Source: Eledone cirrhosa (taxonomy: Eukaryota). Taken from it: DNA of 64,000 nt. The position numbers and the translations under genes were made by a program. Within the stretch, counting starts at the first letter, position 1, and each line of letters begins with the position of its first letter. The notes beneath the pieces are model-generated. The model was not told the origin of the DNA and did no database searches. It worked only from the letters and a program-made list of their open reading frames with translations. Location: NCBI GenBank assembly GCA_964016885.1, contig OZ024756.1, positions 28,644,001-28,708,000 of the forward strand. The letters are read 5' to 3'. This document shows positions 12,418 through 28,439 of the stretch, in pieces.

Positions 12418-15400
12418 TGATATTTTCTCCAACAAAAAAACCATCCAGCACTATACATGTATAGTTTAAACTTCAAACCTTGCCACAGGCATTCACTGAT
12501 GTCTTGAGCAAGACATACATTCTACTTACCCTCAGTGCTAGGTAACAACCTGGATTGTTTTGTTTTGGCAAGAAGGCAAGCCTTGTTTGCTCTTTGATAA
12601 ATCTGAAATTATGGCTCCAGTTTATTTATCAATGGCCTTAGTTTAAGTAATTCATGAGAAAATCTAAGAACATGATGAGAACTCACCTGAAGATTTAATA
12701 CCAGTTTGTTGGCTGCTGCTACTTTGTAGTTAGAAATTTATTTACTATATTCAGTTTTGTGTAGTAAAGGTTAGCTTTGAAGTGTTTCCCTTGTATAATT
12801 ACACTGACAACCGAATCAGAGTTTTAAAGATATATATCATCAGCAACGAAGTAAGATATGAACTTAATGTAACCTGATTTATTTTCCCCTGGGGTTTCTG
12901 CCAAAAAAACATAATTTCTGTTTAACCAGATCTCTTTTGATCTGCTGGCTTGAAATTCTTTTCCTGGCAATCAATTTCAATCATTTATCTTGTGTTCTAA
13001 GATATTTGTACATATTTTTTAATATCTCTTCCCACCCACCCTGTGAAGGTTTCGTGGTGCAGAATATAAGATGGACAAGAAGGCATTTAAATAAGGCCAT
13101 GCTATGGCAACTATAAATTTCATTTGAAAAAAAAAAGACATCTAATTTATTTTCAGCTTTAACCTGTTTCATTGCCATATTTCTGATGAAAGTCACTGCT
13201 TATTGTTTTCAGTTTATTTTGAAAGCAATCAAGAATATGGAGGGATTTAGCAATACAACTAACTTCTTTATTTATTAATCTGGTGTTTGGAGCATAACTT
13301 AACACAGGTTTTTTTTACATAAATTCATGTTGGAATATTTCAGATAAATATAAACACTTTAAAGCAAACAGTTTTAATCATAGAATGAAGGTGGGTTCAT
13401 ATGGTTTAGTATTAAAAACTTTCATCATTAGTGTCAAGTTAATATTGAATTAATACATGTTGCTTGTTTGCTTGCTAAACATTTAAAACATAGTTGTAAT
13501 TTAGTAGTTAATTATATATACTAAGTTAGCAATAATTATAATTCTCTAAAATCTTGGTGTTAATTAATCATATAGAAGCTTGTTAAATTGTTTTGTTTTT
13601 GTGTGTGTTAATAAGATAAATATTTTTCACTAGAAACCTCATCTTTAGGTATGAAATATTTTAGAAAATATTTACATTGTTACTATGTCACTGGGTTCTG
13701 AGAGTTTTGTTGGGAGCTAAAGGTGTCATCACCCATTGCTCCATCTCCCCTAGTGGTTTACCGTTGTTGGTCCAGGGTTGCTTATTCATCTGGCAGTTGC
13801 TCGCTTATATCGCAACTAGCCATCATATCTGGTGGCCGTATCACTATCCTCCACCTGCAACCTGTTCTCTAGCAGAACAGCTATGCTGGATCAGTTGGAG
13901 ACAGTTGCTTCTGACAGGACCCATTGGAAAGAGTGTTTGAGGACTTTGGCCCCATGAAGAAGAGAACATTGCTACTAAATTTTGTTATTTGATGTACAGC
14001 AGCAAATTGTCAGATTTGTTAGGTTGTTATATTAACTCCTTGCACTGTGAGTTCACATCCAGCTGAGGTCAACTTTACCTTTCATCCTTCTGGGGTTGAT
14101 AAACAAAATACCAGCCCAGGGGGTGGTGGATTGGTGGAATTGGAGTTGGTACAGAGTCTGATAGAGAGGCAGTTTTCCAATGTACACTCTGTGTCTGTGG
14201 AGTCTGAGTTCAAATCCTGCCTCCTGCTGCTCCTGTCACTGGAAAAAACTAAGATGTTCCTTGGTTTGATCTGATGGTTGGCTCCCTTACCTTTTTATGT
14301 ACAGTGGTAGGGGTCCATCAGCTGTCTTTTTTGTGGATGTCTACAGCATACTACCAACCTCAGACACTAAATACATATGGAGAGATGCCATATTGAGAAG
14401 GATCCGTCTGATCCATGAACGCATGGAAAAAATGGACGTATAAAAACGATGATGATGATGATACATCATGATAAAAAAACACCCAGTCAACCCTGTAATG
14501 TGGTTGAGGTTAGGAAGGGCATCCTGTCATAGAGAGCCAAGCCAAAAGGGGATTTATGAAGAAGATGTAGTTACTTGATATGTTTAGCCTCATAGCATGA
14601 CAGTCCATCTAACCCATTCCAGCATGGGAAATAGATGTTAAATGGTGATGATGGTGATGATGTCTCACACCTGGCTTAGGGGTTAGGGTACTGGGCACAA
14701 TCGTAAGGTCATGAGTTTGATTCCTTAACCTGGCAGTGTGTTGTGAACTTGAGCAAGACACTTTATTTTACATTGCTCCAGTTTTACTCAGCTGGAATGG
14801 AAAAAAATGTCTTGTGACAACACTGTTGTCAAGCTGTATCAGCTTTTGTCTTTACATTGGACACCATCGAGATGTGTCTTGGCGAGGAGACAATAGCATA
14901 CCTATGTGTGTGACTGATGGGCTTCTACGAAACACCCTGTCCAGCCTTTGACCTTTGAGAGGTAACCTCATTGTGAGTCGGGGATGGCTACATAACCCAT
15001 GGCCACTTATAATAGATGATGGTGGTGGCTGTGGGTGGGGGGATTTCTCATTCATGCAAGGGCATAACAATCTCTTTAGTGTTGGTATTTACATGATAAA
15101 TGCACCCAGTACATGCTGTAAAGTGGTTGATGATCGGAACGGCATCCTGCCATAGAAAACTTGCAGGACAAAGGGTTGAGAGGACCCTCCAGTCATGTCA
15201 AGGGCATGACAACCTTTCCAGTGTTGGTGATTTATACGATAAATGCACCCAGTACTTGCTGTAAAGTGGTTGGTGATAGGAAGGGCATCTTGCCAAACAA
15301 AGGGTTGAGGGGACTCTCAGTTGTGTCAAAGACATGACAACCTCTCCCGAGCACTCGATGGAATGCGAGACCTGTACATAAGCATTACACAGATCCCTGG

Positions 15401-15860
15401 CCTGCTTGGAAGATCAATGGCTCCGCTTCAGTACAGACTGGCTCTATATAGACCTGTCCAACCCTTACTAGCAAAGCAAGCAGACATTAAAAGGACAATG
15501 ATGATGATGATGATGATGATGATGACATCCACCCAAGAATGAGGAACATAATAGTTAGAGGAAGGTGATGAAACCAATGAAAAGAGTGTAGATGTAAATA
15601 TTCTAAAATGTCTCATCTACGATAGAGAGAGACAAGGTTAAGTTGAAAAATGATATCTTGTTGACAGTAACTTATTTTAAATATTTAAATAATTTTTGTT
15701 GTTATTGTTGTTGTTGGGAGAACTTTTGTGCTTAGTTTAGTTGTAGTTTCTTAATCTATTAATTCTCAGTTTAAGTACATTGTTATATTTTTTTAAATAT
15801 GTTTATATATGTAAATATATGCAAATATATGCAGAATGTGCTAAATGGTATAAATATTTA

Positions 15861-16170
15861 TTAACCCTTTTGTTACTGTATTTCCAATGAAATTTTTCAA
15901 GTAATTTTGAAAATGATGATACATTTGGGTATGCGGGTAGTGGATGAGTGATGAGTGGTAGAGAGATTTAGTAATCTAACTAATTTATTCATTATTCAGC
16001 TGGTATTTGGAACACAACTTAACAAAAGGTTCTTATTTTAAACTATGATGGAAGTTTTCTTTTTTTTTAAATTTAAAAAATAAAAAAAAATACTATAAAC
16101 ACTTTAAAACAAATGGTTGGGCATCGTAAAACCAGGAATGGTTTCAGGTGGGTTAGTTTCAATAGGGTTA
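15861..16170. mobile_element. TTAA-flanked MITE (piggyBac-like)
   Basis: ttaaccctttt... at left and ...tagggttaa at right (TTAA plus CCC/GGG termini). Internal sequence recurs near 1900-2170, 13200-13400 and 35070-35240. Confidence 0.65.
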
Positions 16171-16389
16171 AAAACGGCCAACAAACTTATCCATGTCTGT
16201 GACTTGTCTGGCGCTCCTCATTCACTCGTAGCTAATTCACTAAACTTTCATCACTGATACCCTTGGCAAAAGCATGAACATCACAACACTCCTCCATCTG
16301 TTCCCACCACACCCTCTCCCCCTACACACTGTAACGTGGTTGGTGTTAGGAAGGGAATCCAGCCGTAGAAGGCTTGCCAAACCAGGACA

Positions 16390-16945
16390 TAGTACTTTAT
16401 TCTATCCATCATGTAAGGATGAAAGGAAAATAATGGTTTCTGATTTAGACACAAGGCCAGCAATTTTGGGTGAGGAGAAAATCAATTAAATCAACCCCAG
16501 TGCATTACTGGTACTTTTTTTTTCATCCACCCTGTAACTACTAGTAATAATAAATATTTCTACTTTTGGCACAAGGCCAACAATTATCGCACTGTATTAC
16601 TGGTACTTTATTTTATCGACCCCGGAAGGATGAAAGGCAAAGTTGACCTCGGCGGGATTTGAACTCCGAGAACAGAGAACAAGAATGAATACCATAAAGC
16701 ATTATATCCGACGTTCTAACTACTCTACCAATTTGCAGCCTTACTACTACTAATAATTGTTTCTATTTTTGGCACAAGGCCAGCAATTACCCAGTACATT
16801 ACTGGTACTTTATTTTATTGACCCCGTAAGTATGAAAGGCGAAGTTAACCTCGGTGGGATTTGAACTCAGATCATAAAGCGACGTAACTCTATGCTTCAA
16901 AGCATGGCGTCCGACTCTACCGATACTGCCAATAATAATAATAGA
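16390..16945 (-). mobile_element. SINE cluster, reverse orientation
   Basis: Same SINE core as 8755-9950. Confidence 0.8.
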
Positions 16946-17224
16946 AATAATTATTAGTCACTATGGAATAAAATTATTTAAAAAAAACAAAACTAATTTA
17001 TTTTGTGAAAATATTTTTTTATCTTAGTTTAAATTAAATTAAATGATATTTTAAGATTTCTGGGTTATATTTTTTTTTTTATCTTTAGTGTTATTTCCAT
17101 GTATGGAATTATTTTTAATCTTGGATTAAATTCCTTTGTTTTCATCTAAACTATGGTCACCACCCCACATCTCCCACTTCCCATACCTCAGATATTTTGT
17201 TACTGTGATGTCATTCTATATCTT

Positions 17225-17309
<85 letters not shown>

Positions 17310-17609
17310 CACTCACATATAGATAGATACTCATATAAACACACACATACACATATAAACACACATACATATATATACACTCACACATATACACGCATAC
17401 ACACACACACATGCATATTGATTGATCGAATTGATCGACAAGATCCCAGGCCTTATTTGCTTACTGAGTGGGGTGGAACTTGTCAAATTGGATCAAGGAC
17501 ACAATGTTTCCTTTGGTCTTTCCATCGGTGATACTATCTACCGGTTGCAACTCCTGGCAGAATACATGCATATATATATACACATGTATATACATGTATG
17601 TGTGTGTAT

Positions 17610-17755
17610 ATATTTATTAAAATAACAGATTAAAGTTTAAGCAAAGAATCGCTGCTTTCACCCTTAACGGGATCCTCTGAAACTTCAGAAGATCCCGTTA
17701 AGGGTGAAAGCAGCGATTCTTTGCTTAAACTTTAATCTGTTATTTTAATAAATAT
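17610..17755. repeat. Near-perfect 146-bp palindrome
   Basis: Arms 17610-17674 and 17691-17755 are exact reverse complements (65 bp). Inner tctgaa/ttcaga pair around a 2-nt centre, with one C/A mismatch. Confidence 0.95.
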
Positions 17756-17899
17756 TTGCTCTATGGTTTTTATATATTTGATATATATTTATCCTTATCG
17801 AGCCCTCTTTGGATTTTAGTCTTCATATTTATTATTATATGTATATATGTATATATATATATATATAATGTGAAAAGAGTCAGGACACCCTCTATTTTA

Positions 17900-20098
<2,199 letters not shown>

Positions 20099-20425
20099 GG
20101 AGGCACATGGCTTAGTGGTTAGAGCATTGGCCTTGCAATCGAAAGGTTGTGAGTTCAATTCTCAGACCGGGTGATGTGTTGTTTCCTTGAGCAAGACACT
20201 TTATTTCACATTGCTCCAGTTTACTCAGCTGTAGAAATGAGATGATAGGGACTGGGGTCCATATCATTCCACTGCAAAGTGGTCGTGGAGGTGCCACAGC
20301 AAAAAAGCACCCAGCACTCACTGTAAATGAGGTTGGTGTTAGGAAGGGCATCCAGCTGTAGAAATCAAGCCAGAATCAGTTCCTGTCCCACCCTTGCAAG
20401 CGGGGAAAAAGCGGACGTAAAATGA
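20099..20425 (+). mobile_element. tRNA-derived SINE (second family)
   Basis: A box tggcttagtggttagag, B box gagttcaattc, then ccttgagcaagacactttatttcac. Related copies near 1411, 14670, 27480 (-) and 34330 (-). Confidence 0.8.
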
Positions 20426-21310
20426 AAAAAATATATAGTATGTATATATATATATATGTATATATATAATATATATATAGTATATATATATATATAGTAT
20501 ATATATATATATATATAGTATATATATATATATAGTATATATATATATATAGTATATATATATATATATAGTATATATATATATATAGTATATATATAAT
20601 ATATATAGTATATATAAATATAGTATATATATATATATATAGTATATATATAATATATATATATAGAGTATATAATAACTGTAGGTCTCTTGCTGTTGAC
20701 TAATTGTTGCTTTTGGTATTATCATTATTATTATTATTGCTATCGTTATTGTTGCCATTGTTGCTGTTATTATTAATTATCATTGTTCTCCTCCAAGCTT
20801 TTCTGCTCTGTTGTTGTTGTTGTTACTGGTTTTATCTCACATCTGCTCTTCGATGGAACCCCCCCCCCCCATATAGCCAATCGACCAACCAACCAACCAA
20901 CCAATCGCACATCAAGAGGATTGATTGGTAAAAGGGGCATAATTTATTCCTTGTATTACTCCACTTCTTCCCCTCCCATCCCATTGCGCAGCTGCCTATG
21001 GCAATAAAATATCTTGTTAATATTGTTAACAAATTTGGTTAATTAATTTTTTAGGTGTGGGGGGGGTAGATGTTTCTTCTGTTGTTTTTTTTTTTATTTT
21101 AATTTTTCTGTATCCATTAAATTGATATTTTGTTATTTGTTTTTGTTCATAAATATCTATTTTTATTTTATTTCTATTTTACTTTTATTTCATTTTATTT
21201 TCATTTTATCTTATTTTATTTTCATTTTATTTTATTTTCCTTTATTTATTTTTTATTCTCAAAATTCGAGTTAATGCTTCAATTCTTTTTACCTTATACC
21301 ATTTTTTAAG

Positions 21311-21742
21311 CAAACCAGTTCTGGCGAAGAAGACCAAAACGGCCCCCCTAGAGATAGGCCATGGCAACAGCTTACCACAAAACATGGTCGGCACCCACTC
21401 GCCGTCCGATGCCTCTACCATTTACTTCAAGAGCCTCACAATAAGTATGACACTCGACCGCAAAACTCGCGGAAAGAGGAACTCAGTGCCTGGGGATCAG
21501 TATAGCAAAGGTACGAAAGGCCCTTTGCCACCTGAATCATCTGCGTTAGATATCCCTCCGTGCTATGACAGTGGTGATGTCCTCACACCATCGACCGAGA
21601 AATCCAAGAAACCATTTAAACTGTCTAAGATAGCAATTCTGAGCTCCCTTTTCGAAAAGAAGCCTACGGAGAAGGGCAAAGTCACCTTTGAGGACAAAGA
21701 GAAATCCAAGAAGCCGAAATTTCTCAAGAAGATAACTAGCGG
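21311..21742 (+). CDS. SNRK: Putative SNRK internal cassette exon, 432 nt, phase 2-2, Lys/Ser/Pro-rich (KPVLAKKTKTAPLE...KKITSG)
   Basis: Non-repetitive, GC-richer, stop-free island after a long T-rich tract with ttttttaag| acceptor. Candidate donor GG|gtataa at 21743. Phase matches the downstream SNRK exons. Read-through would stop at 21786-21788. Confidence 0.6.
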
Positions 21743-22151
21743 GTATAAGATTTTGCATGTCTTAGCAAGCATCCCCACCCTTCCTTGAGGTTTTTCGTGT
21801 GTTTTAGATGATTTTTTTTTTGTTAGTCTTGGAAGAAAAAAAAAAATCAGCTTAATAACAATTTTCTTAGCATTTTTTTTTTTTTTTTGTTAGTTTTGTT
21901 GATGTTTTTTGGTTTGAAATTTTTGCCTACAGAAACTAATATTAATAATAATATTAATTACTTTTTTTTTTTTGTGTTATTGCTGCTGTTGTGTTTGGGT
22001 GGGGGTAGTGTGGCTGGAAAACTGATAACAGCTACATAGGCCTAAGAAATGTATTGAAACTATATACAGGCAGGCATTGCATCATGGCCTTGAGCAAGTT
22101 GCTTAACTCTGTCATAATAAACGCACTCATATATATATATATATGTGTATG

Positions 22152-22201
<50 letters not shown>

Positions 22202-23526
22202 TACTCACATATATATTATGTGTGTGTGTGTGTAATCAATGCAATGCCACTGGTTTCTAAGCTACTAAGTTAACAAGCTGGCTAAGCTAGAATGTCCTGT
22301 AATGTTGCACTGTGAATGATTCTGGTGGGTCCTATTGCTAGATGGGTCATACACGCTACTGACAGAACCATTATTACTGCTTACTGTGATGATGATGATG
22401 ATGATGATGCACAGATTGTTTCTCAATACTGGGAACTATCCCTCCCTCCTTTACTGCTCCCCTTCTTCCCCACATCTTTGTTTTTACAACCATACCTCTC
22501 ATCATCATTGAGCCATGATGATGATGATGATGATGATGATGATGCTATGTATGAGAAGTTGTTGCTTGTTTGTTTGTTTTACTGTCTTGACCAATTTGGA
22601 ATTTGTTGTGGTTTTAAATAATGTTTTTTGTTTTTTTTTTAAACTAATATTTAGTATTTTGGTTGATCAGCGAAATCTCTCAAGATTTCCAGTTTCAGAT
22701 ACCATAATGGCTAGACATTATCTTTTCATTTGTGTTAATTAATTAGTAGTAGTTTTTTGTTTGTGTTAATTAGAAACAATTTTTAAAAAGTGGTATTTTT
22801 AATTACCATATTTACTTGTGTATAAGGTCACACCTTTTGTTTTTTGTTTTTTTTTTTCAATGACTAATGAATAAATAAACAAGGAACAGACTGAAAAGAA
22901 AACCATGTGAAAGCCAGCATGGGACTTTGTTGGCCCCTTTAAAACCTACTACCCCTTTAAAACCTACTACCCCTTTAAAACCTACTACTAAGACACAAAT
23001 GCAACCACAACATCAAATATTTTAATGCCATTGCTTGATACTTAAGCAGGAGCTTAACAGACGTGGCCTTTTTGTCCTGCTAGGGACTTGCACATGGCCA
23101 GCAATGTCATACATAACAAAACATTCCACATATCAAGCGATGCTTGTGCTTGAAGCGTTTTTTAAGTGAGGAAAGGCTTTGCGCAGGGCCAATCCTACTC
23201 TCTGAACATCGAATGCATTTACCCAGAAAGTAGAACCGGTCTACATCATTGGATGCAATCAAAGTTGCAGGTTTTATATCAGAGTGACTTTCTCCTAGAG
23301 AGATGTCTTAATGAAGACTAGGAGTCTCTCACTCCATAAAGCAAAAAAACAAAGTAAGGGTTAGCATTGCGGAAACCCCACAGCATGCTTTATGCTCATT
23401 ATAGGGATCTTTTTTGTGGCAATGTTTTATAGGTGGATGCTCTTCCTGGCACTAACCCTTTTTGTTGCTTTGAATCACATGTTGGGATACAGAGTAGCTA
23501 GTGAACTGATCACACACATTTGTTGT

Positions 23527-23735
23527 ATGAGGGTCAAGGTTCAACCTAAAAGTTCATAGGCTGACCAAGATACTCTCATGGAATGACTAAATGAGGTTTA
23601 TTTTTCAACATAGTCCCTGGAAAGAAACCATGTAATTATTAATAAGACGAGTTGAAATTAATGTATGCGAGAATTCACAGCTCTAGCATTACTCCTTCAT
23701 AGTCAGCCTATCAAACTGTCCAGCCAACCCCCATA
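23527..23735. mobile_element. Mariner-type MITE with a second partial copy at ~23776-23870
   Basis: Left end tatgaggg...aaaagttcataggctgac; right end gtcagcctatcaaactgtccagccaacccccata; TA ends. Confidence 0.6.
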
Positions 23736-24254
23736 CGCACACATATATTTATGTATATATATATATACATACATATACAAGGCTCAGCTGAAAACTTCAT
23801 AGGCTGACCAAGCTACTCTCATTGAATGAGCAAATGAGGTTTATTTTTCAACATAGTCCCTGGGAAGAAACAATGCAAATTGGAGGAGTGCAACTTATAC
23901 ACAAGTGAATATATATATAGTACAGATATAATATATAACAGGTACATTATAAATCTCTCTCTCTCTCTCTGTCTCTCTCTGTGTAATATAGAGAAATTTG
24001 TTTTCAAATATAAAAAGTGGAAAGATATGTATATATGTATGTATATATATAAACATATATCCATATGTATGTATGTATATATATATAAATTCAAGTGAAA
24101 AGCCAAAGATGATACTTCAAATCATTTTTTTAAGTTCTCTGTTCATTTCAATTTTAATGCAATTTATTAACATTAAAATATCTTCAGGAAATCAATATAA
24201 AACCTGGAGAATGTCTGATATAATAAGAAACAAGTACATATGGTAAATTTATAT

Positions 24255-24302
<48 letters not shown>

Positions 24303-24313
24303 ACACACACACA

Positions 24314-24357
<44 letters not shown>

Positions 24358-24590
24358 CATATACAGTACAGATATGTATATAGGATGTATAAACCATCAT
24401 TTTTATTTCTTTCTTTCTTCTCAATATATTCATTTTGTCAAATATTTTGATATTTCCTTTTCAGATATTAAAAGTAGTTATATGCTATTATATAAGACAA
24501 CAAAATGGCCGACTCATTAGAGTGTCGGATTAAAAGGCCTCAGTATTTGTGCAGGCACACTGCACTCTGAGCTCAAATCCTGCTGAGGTC

Positions 24591-25490
24591 AATAAAACAC
24601 ACCCAGTCTACTCTGTAAGATGGTAGTGCTAGTGCCATGATAAAACACACCCAGTCTACTCTGTAAGGTGGTAATGCTGGTGCCGTGATAAAACACACCC
24701 AGTCTACTCTGTAAGATGGTAGTGCTAGTGCCATGATAAAACACACCCAGTCTACTCTGTAAGGTGGTAATGCTGGTGCCGTGATAAAACACACCCAGTC
24801 TACTCTGTAAGATGGTAGTGCTAGTGCCATGATAAAACACACCCAGTCTACTCTGTAAGGTGGTAATGCGGTAATGCTGGTGCCGTGATAAAACACACCC
24901 AGTCTACTCTGTAAGATGGTAGTGCTAGTGCCATGATAAAACACACCCAGTCTACTCTGTAAGGTGGTAATGCTGATGCCGTGATAAAACACACCCAGTC
25001 TACTCTGTAAGGTGGTAATGCTGGTGCCGTGATAAAACACACCCAGTCTACTCTGTAAGGTGGTAATATGGTAATGCTGGTGCCGTGATAAAACACACCC
25101 AGTCTACTCTGTAAGGTGGTAATGCGGTAATGCTGGTGCCGTGATAAAACACACCCAGTCTACTCTGTAAGATGGTAGTGCGGTAATGCTGGTGCCGTGA
25201 TAAAACACACCCAGTCTACTCTGTAAGATGGTAGTGCTAGTGCCATGATAAAACACACCCAGTCTACTCTGTAAGGTGGTAATGCGGTAATGCTGGTGCC
25301 GTGATAAAACACACCCAGTCTACTCTGTAAGATGGTAATGCTGGTGCCGTGATAAAACACACCCAGTCTATTCTGTAAGGTGGTAATGCTTGTGAAATGA
25401 TAAAATACACCTGGTCTGTAAAATGGTAGTGCTGGTATTAGTAAAACACACCCTGTCTACTGTGCTTGTGAAACGATAAAGCACACTTGG
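24591..25490. repeat. 48-bp minisatellite (~18 units, A/B variants, some 58-bp units) derived from a SINE segment
   Basis: gataaaacacacccagtctactctgtaag(a/g)tggta... repeated, directly following a SINE head at 24505-24590. Confidence 0.9.
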
Positions 25491-25742
25491 TCCACATATA
25501 TAGTGAGTGAAATATTCTCAGGCAATAAAATCCACTACTTTGTGCTTTCATACCTGAACTGAACCCATATAACGATGTATCACCAAGTGACACAGCAGTT
25601 TTTACCTATAATTATTGTGAAAAGGTGACTTTGAAAAATCTGTGAAAATCTCATGAAAGTTATGAATGAATGTATGAATTTATTAGTGAGATTTTCAACA
25701 TAAATCTGGTATTAATATACTGTTGGGTGAAAAAACAACCAG

Positions 25743-26020
25743 TTGAACCCTTTAGCATTTAAACCGGCTGTATCCAGAGAGAATTCTCTCACTTCTTTCT
25801 GTTCAAACTGGCTGTAACCAGCTGCTCATACTTATGTAGTTATATGCTATTATGACGTTATGTAGTTATATGCTATTATTTACGTTAAGGTATTGTTCTC
25901 AAAATAAATAATATCAAAATCTCATAGATTCGATATTATGTGAGATAATTATATGAGGTAAAGCCTTTAGCACAAAAATACAATAGTATATATAGAGTAA
26001 TGTAAATGCTAAAAAGTTAA
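25743..26020. mobile_element. piggyBac-like MITE
   Basis: Terminal inverted repeats aaccctttagcattt / aaatgctaaaaagttaa. Homologous to the interrupted copy at 33789-34554. Confidence 0.7.
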
Positions 26021-26096
26021 TATAGGGCCAGGGAAACAAAGACTTGTCTATCATTTTACATCTTTACTTTAAAAACATAGTTAATGTTTATAAACC

Positions 26097-26149
<53 letters not shown>

Positions 26150-26268
26150 CAAATTAAAATTTTGAAGACCAATACGATGTGTATGGAGAATGTTAAATTG
26201 CCAAGATAACAAAAGAATCTTACCTTAGCAAATTTAACGATCCCAAATATTTTCGGGTTTAAAAATCC

Positions 26269-26304
<36 letters not shown>

Positions 26305-26310
26305 CACACA

Positions 26311-26520
26311 CAGTAAGTCTCCAACTTATGAATGAGTTACATTCCAAGAGGCTGTTCGTTAGTTGATCGTCTAACACAGCCCATATATGTTACATTGATA
26401 CTGCAGGTTTCCATATGAATGATATATATATAGTAGATAGAGGTATATATAACATGTAATAATGAATTAAATACTATAAAGCTAATAACAATAAATTGTT
26501 AAAGAAAAAATTACTTTTTC
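26311..26520 (+). mobile_element. pogo/Tigger-like DNA transposon end fragment
   Basis: cagtaagtctccaacttatgaatgagttacattcc resembles Tigger-type termini (recalled). Confidence 0.35.
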
Positions 26521-27450
26521 ACACTTGCATGGGTTGAGCAGGTCCTTTTCAGCACACCATCTCTCCACTTGTTGCATTCCTTCATCATCTCCTCTGTGAG
26601 TGTCAGCAATTTGAGGTCACTCCTCGCTATCTCTGCCCAAGTCTTTCTTGGTCTACCCCTACTATGGTTTCTTTCCACTTGGATTTCCTAGCATTTCTTA
26701 ACTCAGCAATCATCTGTACACATCATGTCCAAAACAACATTGTTGTCTCTCCTGCACGCCACCTTCGATTTCTCTTAAATCCAACTTCTCCCTCAGCTCG
26801 TCCAAGCTCTGCCTTTCTCTCACACCTAAGTTACACATCCAATGAAGCATGGTTGCTTTATTTCTCTCCAGTCAACACGTCCTCTGCAGCCACAGACCAT
26901 GTTTCACTACCATACAGCATCGCGTTTCACACAGCCATCATACAGTCATTCTTTTTTGGTCAACAGTTGGAGTAGCTCTCTAAACTTTTTCCATCCTATA
27001 CTTATTCTATCTACTATGCTCTTGTCGCACCCTCCTCTGCTGCTAATTAAGTCACCTAGTTAGCAGACGCTATCAGCCACTTCTATGGACCCTTCATGCG
27101 ATTGGACAAGGTTTATATCATTGTTGCTTTTCCCATTGATTATCCCTGTGCACCTTTTACACACCAAGTCTTTCCTGTTAGTCTACCTCTTATCCCACTA
27201 CATCTCTTGTGTATCCAAGATGTAAATTGTGTACATCATATAGAGTTTATGCCTACTTCTTTTCTACATATTGAGCTGGGCCACTTCCCTGAAGGGATCA
27301 GGATCCTATCTTCTTTCATACTTACTAGCAATTTAGTTTTGGCTAAGTTCACTCTCAGCTCCTTTTGATTCCAAATTCTGTTTCCATAATCGGAACTTAT
27401 TCTCTAGTTCTTGTATGGATGCAACTATAAGGACCAGTACACATGTTGAA
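26520..27450 (-). mobile_element. Degenerate RTE LINE 3' fragment
   Basis: Minus strand contains GRPRKTW (26640-26660) and disrupted RT-region sequence. Confidence 0.65.
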
Positions 27451-28439
27451 CTTCTACAATTTCCATCTACTAGATTTCATTGACAAGTTATTAGTCAAGC
27501 AAAGACTATAATAGAAAACACTTGCTAATGGTGGGACATAGCACAACTGGACCCTGAATTGCATGGTTGTGAAACAGGGCTCCTTAACCATACAACCATT
27601 TTCTCTGAAAAGAAGGAAGGATATTTCTTCTTCTTGCACAATTAATAATTAATGGAATATTCCAATTACATGCTTATGGTTTCATTATTTTTTCATCAAC
27701 CATTCCTTCACACAATCTCTTTTTCAGAGTCTTTTACATTTTACTTAGGCCCTTTTAAAAAAATTTTTCTATCTTAATTTAATTTTTTAATTATTAATTT
27801 TATCTTTATTTCATCGTTATTTATTTTAATTTACTTTATTTGGATTTTGCAATTTTTATTTTATTTTATTTATTTATTATTTTTTTTTTTGTGTTATGTA
27901 TTTGTTTTGTTTCCATCCATCTTAGTCAGTGCAATATGATGCATTCCTATTGAAAACAAAGAACAAAAAAGAATGGATAGAAAATCTTGACATTTCTTTG
28001 TGGTGCTTGGCATTTATCATTATTATCATCATTGTTATTGTTATTATTATATTGTTATTGTTGTTGCTGTTATTAACCAATTCTTTATTGCAGCCTGCCT
28101 GACTTTTGCCAAGCTATTCTGTTAGATATGATTGTCTTTGTTGCTGTTCTGTTATTATTAAAATCTTTATTTTGCCGCCAGCCAGCCACTACTGCCGCTG
28201 CCAGCCAGCTGCAGCACTACCATCACCACTGTTAACTTCCTCAACACCTACAGTTATACAACAGCTTACTTCAGATTACTTTACAACGATACTAATTATA
28301 TATAAGTATTGTGTTGTTTATCACCTTTTTCTCGTCTTCAAGTTTTCTTCTTGTGTCTTAGTATTGTCGGTGTTGTTGAATTGGCAGAGTTGTTTGAGCA
28401 TAGGATTAAAATATTTGTTTGTATTCGTTTTGGTTAACC

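Noticed and set aside
20099-20175. Possible tRNA gene
   Set aside because: A/B boxes continue into a dispersed SINE body; no intact cloverleaf or pol III terminator.
24591-25490. Regular repeats superficially resembling a CRISPR array (also 39379-40058 and 43677-44062)
   Set aside because: Units are contiguous with no unique spacers, there are no cas genes, and the context is eukaryotic.
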